A stretch of 36,270 bases of DNA, from assembly GCA_025964405.1 (NCBI GenBank), contig JAOPYW010000247.1, positions 1 to 36,270 on the forward strand, in the 5' to 3' direction. Shown here piece after piece: positions 34,541 through 36,270 of the stretch. The stretch is from Thermoleophilia bacterium. Its GTDB lineage: Bacteria; Actinomycetota; Thermoleophilia; Gaiellales; SKUG01. Position numbers and translations under genes: made by a program. The stretch's first letter is position 1. Every line of letters begins with the position of its first letter. The notes below the pieces were generated by a model that ran no database searches, was not told where the DNA came from, and saw only the letters and a list, made by a program, of their open reading frames with translations.

Positions 34541-36270
34541 ATGATGTGCCCCATGACGACGAATGCACCGGAGGATGCGGGCGCACACGTGGCGGCCGCT
34601 CCCTTCGACGACGTCGCCGGGCTTCGCCGACGCCACGCGGGCGCGTTCGTCGTCTGGGCCCGCCCCCTCGTGCTCGCCGTGATGGCCCTGGTGATCGCGG
34701 CCACGGCGCTCGGCCGCCCCTCCCTCCTGCAGCCCGTCGACTTCGCGGCGCTCGGCACCGCCATCGCCGTCGCGTTCGTCGGCCACGCCCTGTTGACCCG
34801 GGTCGACCGCATCCGCGTCGCGAACTGGACGATCGGCGCCGACGCGATCATCCTCGCCACCTGGGTCGCCTCCTCGCCGCACCCCGAGGAGACGACCACG
34901 ATGCTCCTGTGGCCCGTGATCGCGCTCGCCTACTTCGGGTCGCCTCGCTGGTCGCTCGTGCTGGCGACCCTGACCGCCGCCGCGGCCCTCCTCGGCTCAC
35001 AGCTGCTCGACACCTGGGACAGCAACCAGCTCGTGCCGCCTGCTGCCTACGTGCTCCTGTGTTCGGGCGTGTTCGTCTCGTTCGTGACACGCCAGGGGCG
35101 GCGCATCGAGGCCGTGCTCGTCGCCGGGCGCATGCGCGACCGCAGGGTGCTGGCGATGTCGCGCCGCATCCACCTGTCGGAGGAGCCCACCGAGGCGATC
35201 ACCGAGCTCGCCCAGGAGGTCGGCATCGGTCTCGACGTCGATGCCACTGCGGTCGCACTGCTCGACCCCGACTGCCCCGGCGCCATCTCCGCCGTCGCCG
35301 CCTGGCGCCGCACCGGCGCGGTGCCCGAACTCGCACCGGCCGAGGTCGCCGAGGTGCTGCGCGACGCGCTCCACCCCCACCACGCCGCCATCCACGACAC
35401 CTCCGGTTCCCGGCTCGTCGCAATCGACCCGGGTCGCATCGAGCCGGCCGGCGTCGCGCCACACCTCACGTCCGGTGGCGAGGCCTTCGCGGCGGTCGGG
35501 GAGCTGTTCGGGTGCTCGGGCTGCCTCCTGCTGCCGCTGACCCTGCGCGACGAGGAGATCGCGGTGCTGATCGTCGCCGGTCCCGCCGCGCTGCACTGGG
35601 AGGACGACGTGCTGCCACTGCTTCAGCCGCTCGCGCCGCAGCTCGCCGCGGGCCTCGCGCAGGTGATGCTCGTGCGGGACCAGCGCGCCGCGCTCCAGCA
35701 GCTCGAGGGTGTCGGGCGCATGCGCGACCGCCTCATCGCGAACGTCAGCCACGAACTGCGCACGCCGCTCACCTCGACCCTCGGCTTCATCGAGACCCTG
35801 CTGCGCCCCGACGTCGAGTTCGACGACGCGACCCGCGCCGAGCTCATGGAGCACGCTCGCGCCGGCGGCCACCGGCTCCTCGCACTCGTCGAGGACCTGC
35901 TCGCGCTCGGATCGATCCGCCCCGAGTCGCTGGTGCTCGCGCCGACCCCGATCGGTGCGCGCGGGCTCATCGAGGAGGCGATCGTCGGCATCGAGGTGCC
36001 CGACGGGCGCGAGCTGCGGGGCGACGTGCTGGGTGTCCACGAGCCCGAGCTGATCGTGGACCGCAACCGCATGCTGCAGGTCGTGTCGAACCTCGTGATG
36101 AACGCGGTGCAGCACGGCGCCGGGAGCATCGACGTCGTCTGCGACGCCGACGGCGGATCAGCCGTGATCGAGGTGCTCGACGACGGCGATGGCGTCGAGC
36201 CCGCGCACGTGAACGAGCTGTTCCTCCCGTTCGCGCGCTTCTCGACGCGCACCGATTCGACCGGGCTCGG
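34541..36270 (+). CDS. membrane-bound sensor histidine kinase, 3' end outside the window
   Basis: The frame is open from ATG 34541 (alternatives 34544 and 34553) to the window end. There are four to five N-terminal hydrophobic helices and a central GAF-like region. H-box NVSHELRTPLTSTLGF around 35750. N-box VVSNLVMNAVQHG around 36080. DDGDG around 36180. This ORF is not in the supplied track because it has no stop codon in the window. Confidence 0.8.
   Translation, partial: MMCPMTTNAPEDAGAHVAAAPFDDVAGLRRRHAGAFVVWARPLVLAVMALVIAATALGRPSLLQPVDFAALGTAIAVAFVGHALLTRVDRIRVANWTIGADAIILATWVASSPHPEETTTMLLWPVIALAYFGSPRWSLVLATLTAAAALLGSQLLDTWDSNQLVPPAAYVLLCSGVFVSFVTRQGRRIEAVLVAGRMRDRRVLAMSRRIHLSEEPTEAITELAQEVGIGLDVDATAVALLDPDCPGAISAVAAWRRTGAVPELAPAEVAEVLRDALHPHHAAIHDTSGSRLVAIDPGRIEPAGVAPHLTSGGEAFAAVGELFGCSGCLLLPLTLRDEEIAVLIVAGPAALHWEDDVLPLLQPLAPQLAAGLAQVMLVRDQRAALQQLEGVGRMRDRLIANVSHELRTPLTSTLGFIETLLRPDVEFDDATRAELMEHARAGGHRLLALVEDLLALGSIRPESLVLAPTPIGARGLIEEAIVGIEVPDGRELRGDVLGVHEPELIVDRNRMLQVVSNLVMNAVQHGAGSIDVVCDADGGSAVIEVLDDGDGVEPAHVNELFLPFARFSTRTDSTGL

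Overview
This is a very GC-rich window with strong G/C third-codon-position bias. Its gene content looks like the core chromosome of a high-GC Gram-positive actinobacterium; that taxonomic call is an inference from gene content, since no search could be run. I support 38 CDS (two cut by the window edges), one tRNA-Arg(CCT), one CIRCE operator, one coding tandem repeat and several hairpin terminators.

Recognisable content, left to right:
- ASCH-domain protein, EamA transporter and NUDIX hydrolase (minus strand)
- CIRCE-controlled groES-groEL operon
- a cold-shock-domain protein
- a cell-envelope glycan cluster: small phosphoglycosyl transferase, FemAB/CelD-like GNAT-fold protein, GtrB-like GT2, M23 peptidase and Wzx-like flippase
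- histidine phosphatase, a CPA-type cation/proton antiporter, and amt
- an M16 peptidase translationally coupled to an unknown ORF
- an 804-aa polytopic membrane protein
- an OmpR/intramembrane-sensing-kinase pair followed by a small anchored Cys protein
- HxlR and LysR regulators
- a secreted S1 protease and a CHAP hydrolase
- rnd followed by a DtxR-family regulator
- MscS, and an hmgA-FAH catabolic pair
- a 3'-truncated membrane/GAF-like histidine kinase

I found no mobile elements, no CRISPR array and no recognisable defence island.

The best candidate for something undescribed is a collinear ~70-aa N-terminal module shared by the M23 and CHAP wall hydrolases. Neither protein has a Sec/Tat-type signal, and both genes have a GC hairpin abutting the start codon and no obvious Shine-Dalgarno.

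Other points worth a second look:
- a membrane protein with a Tyr/Gly/Ser/Asp repeat tail
- a FemAB-like gene coupled to a phosphoglycosyl transferase
- an SD-sequestering hairpin in the amt leader
- a solo M16 peptidase overlapping an unknown ORF by ATGA

All family calls come from motifs read by eye. No database search was possible.
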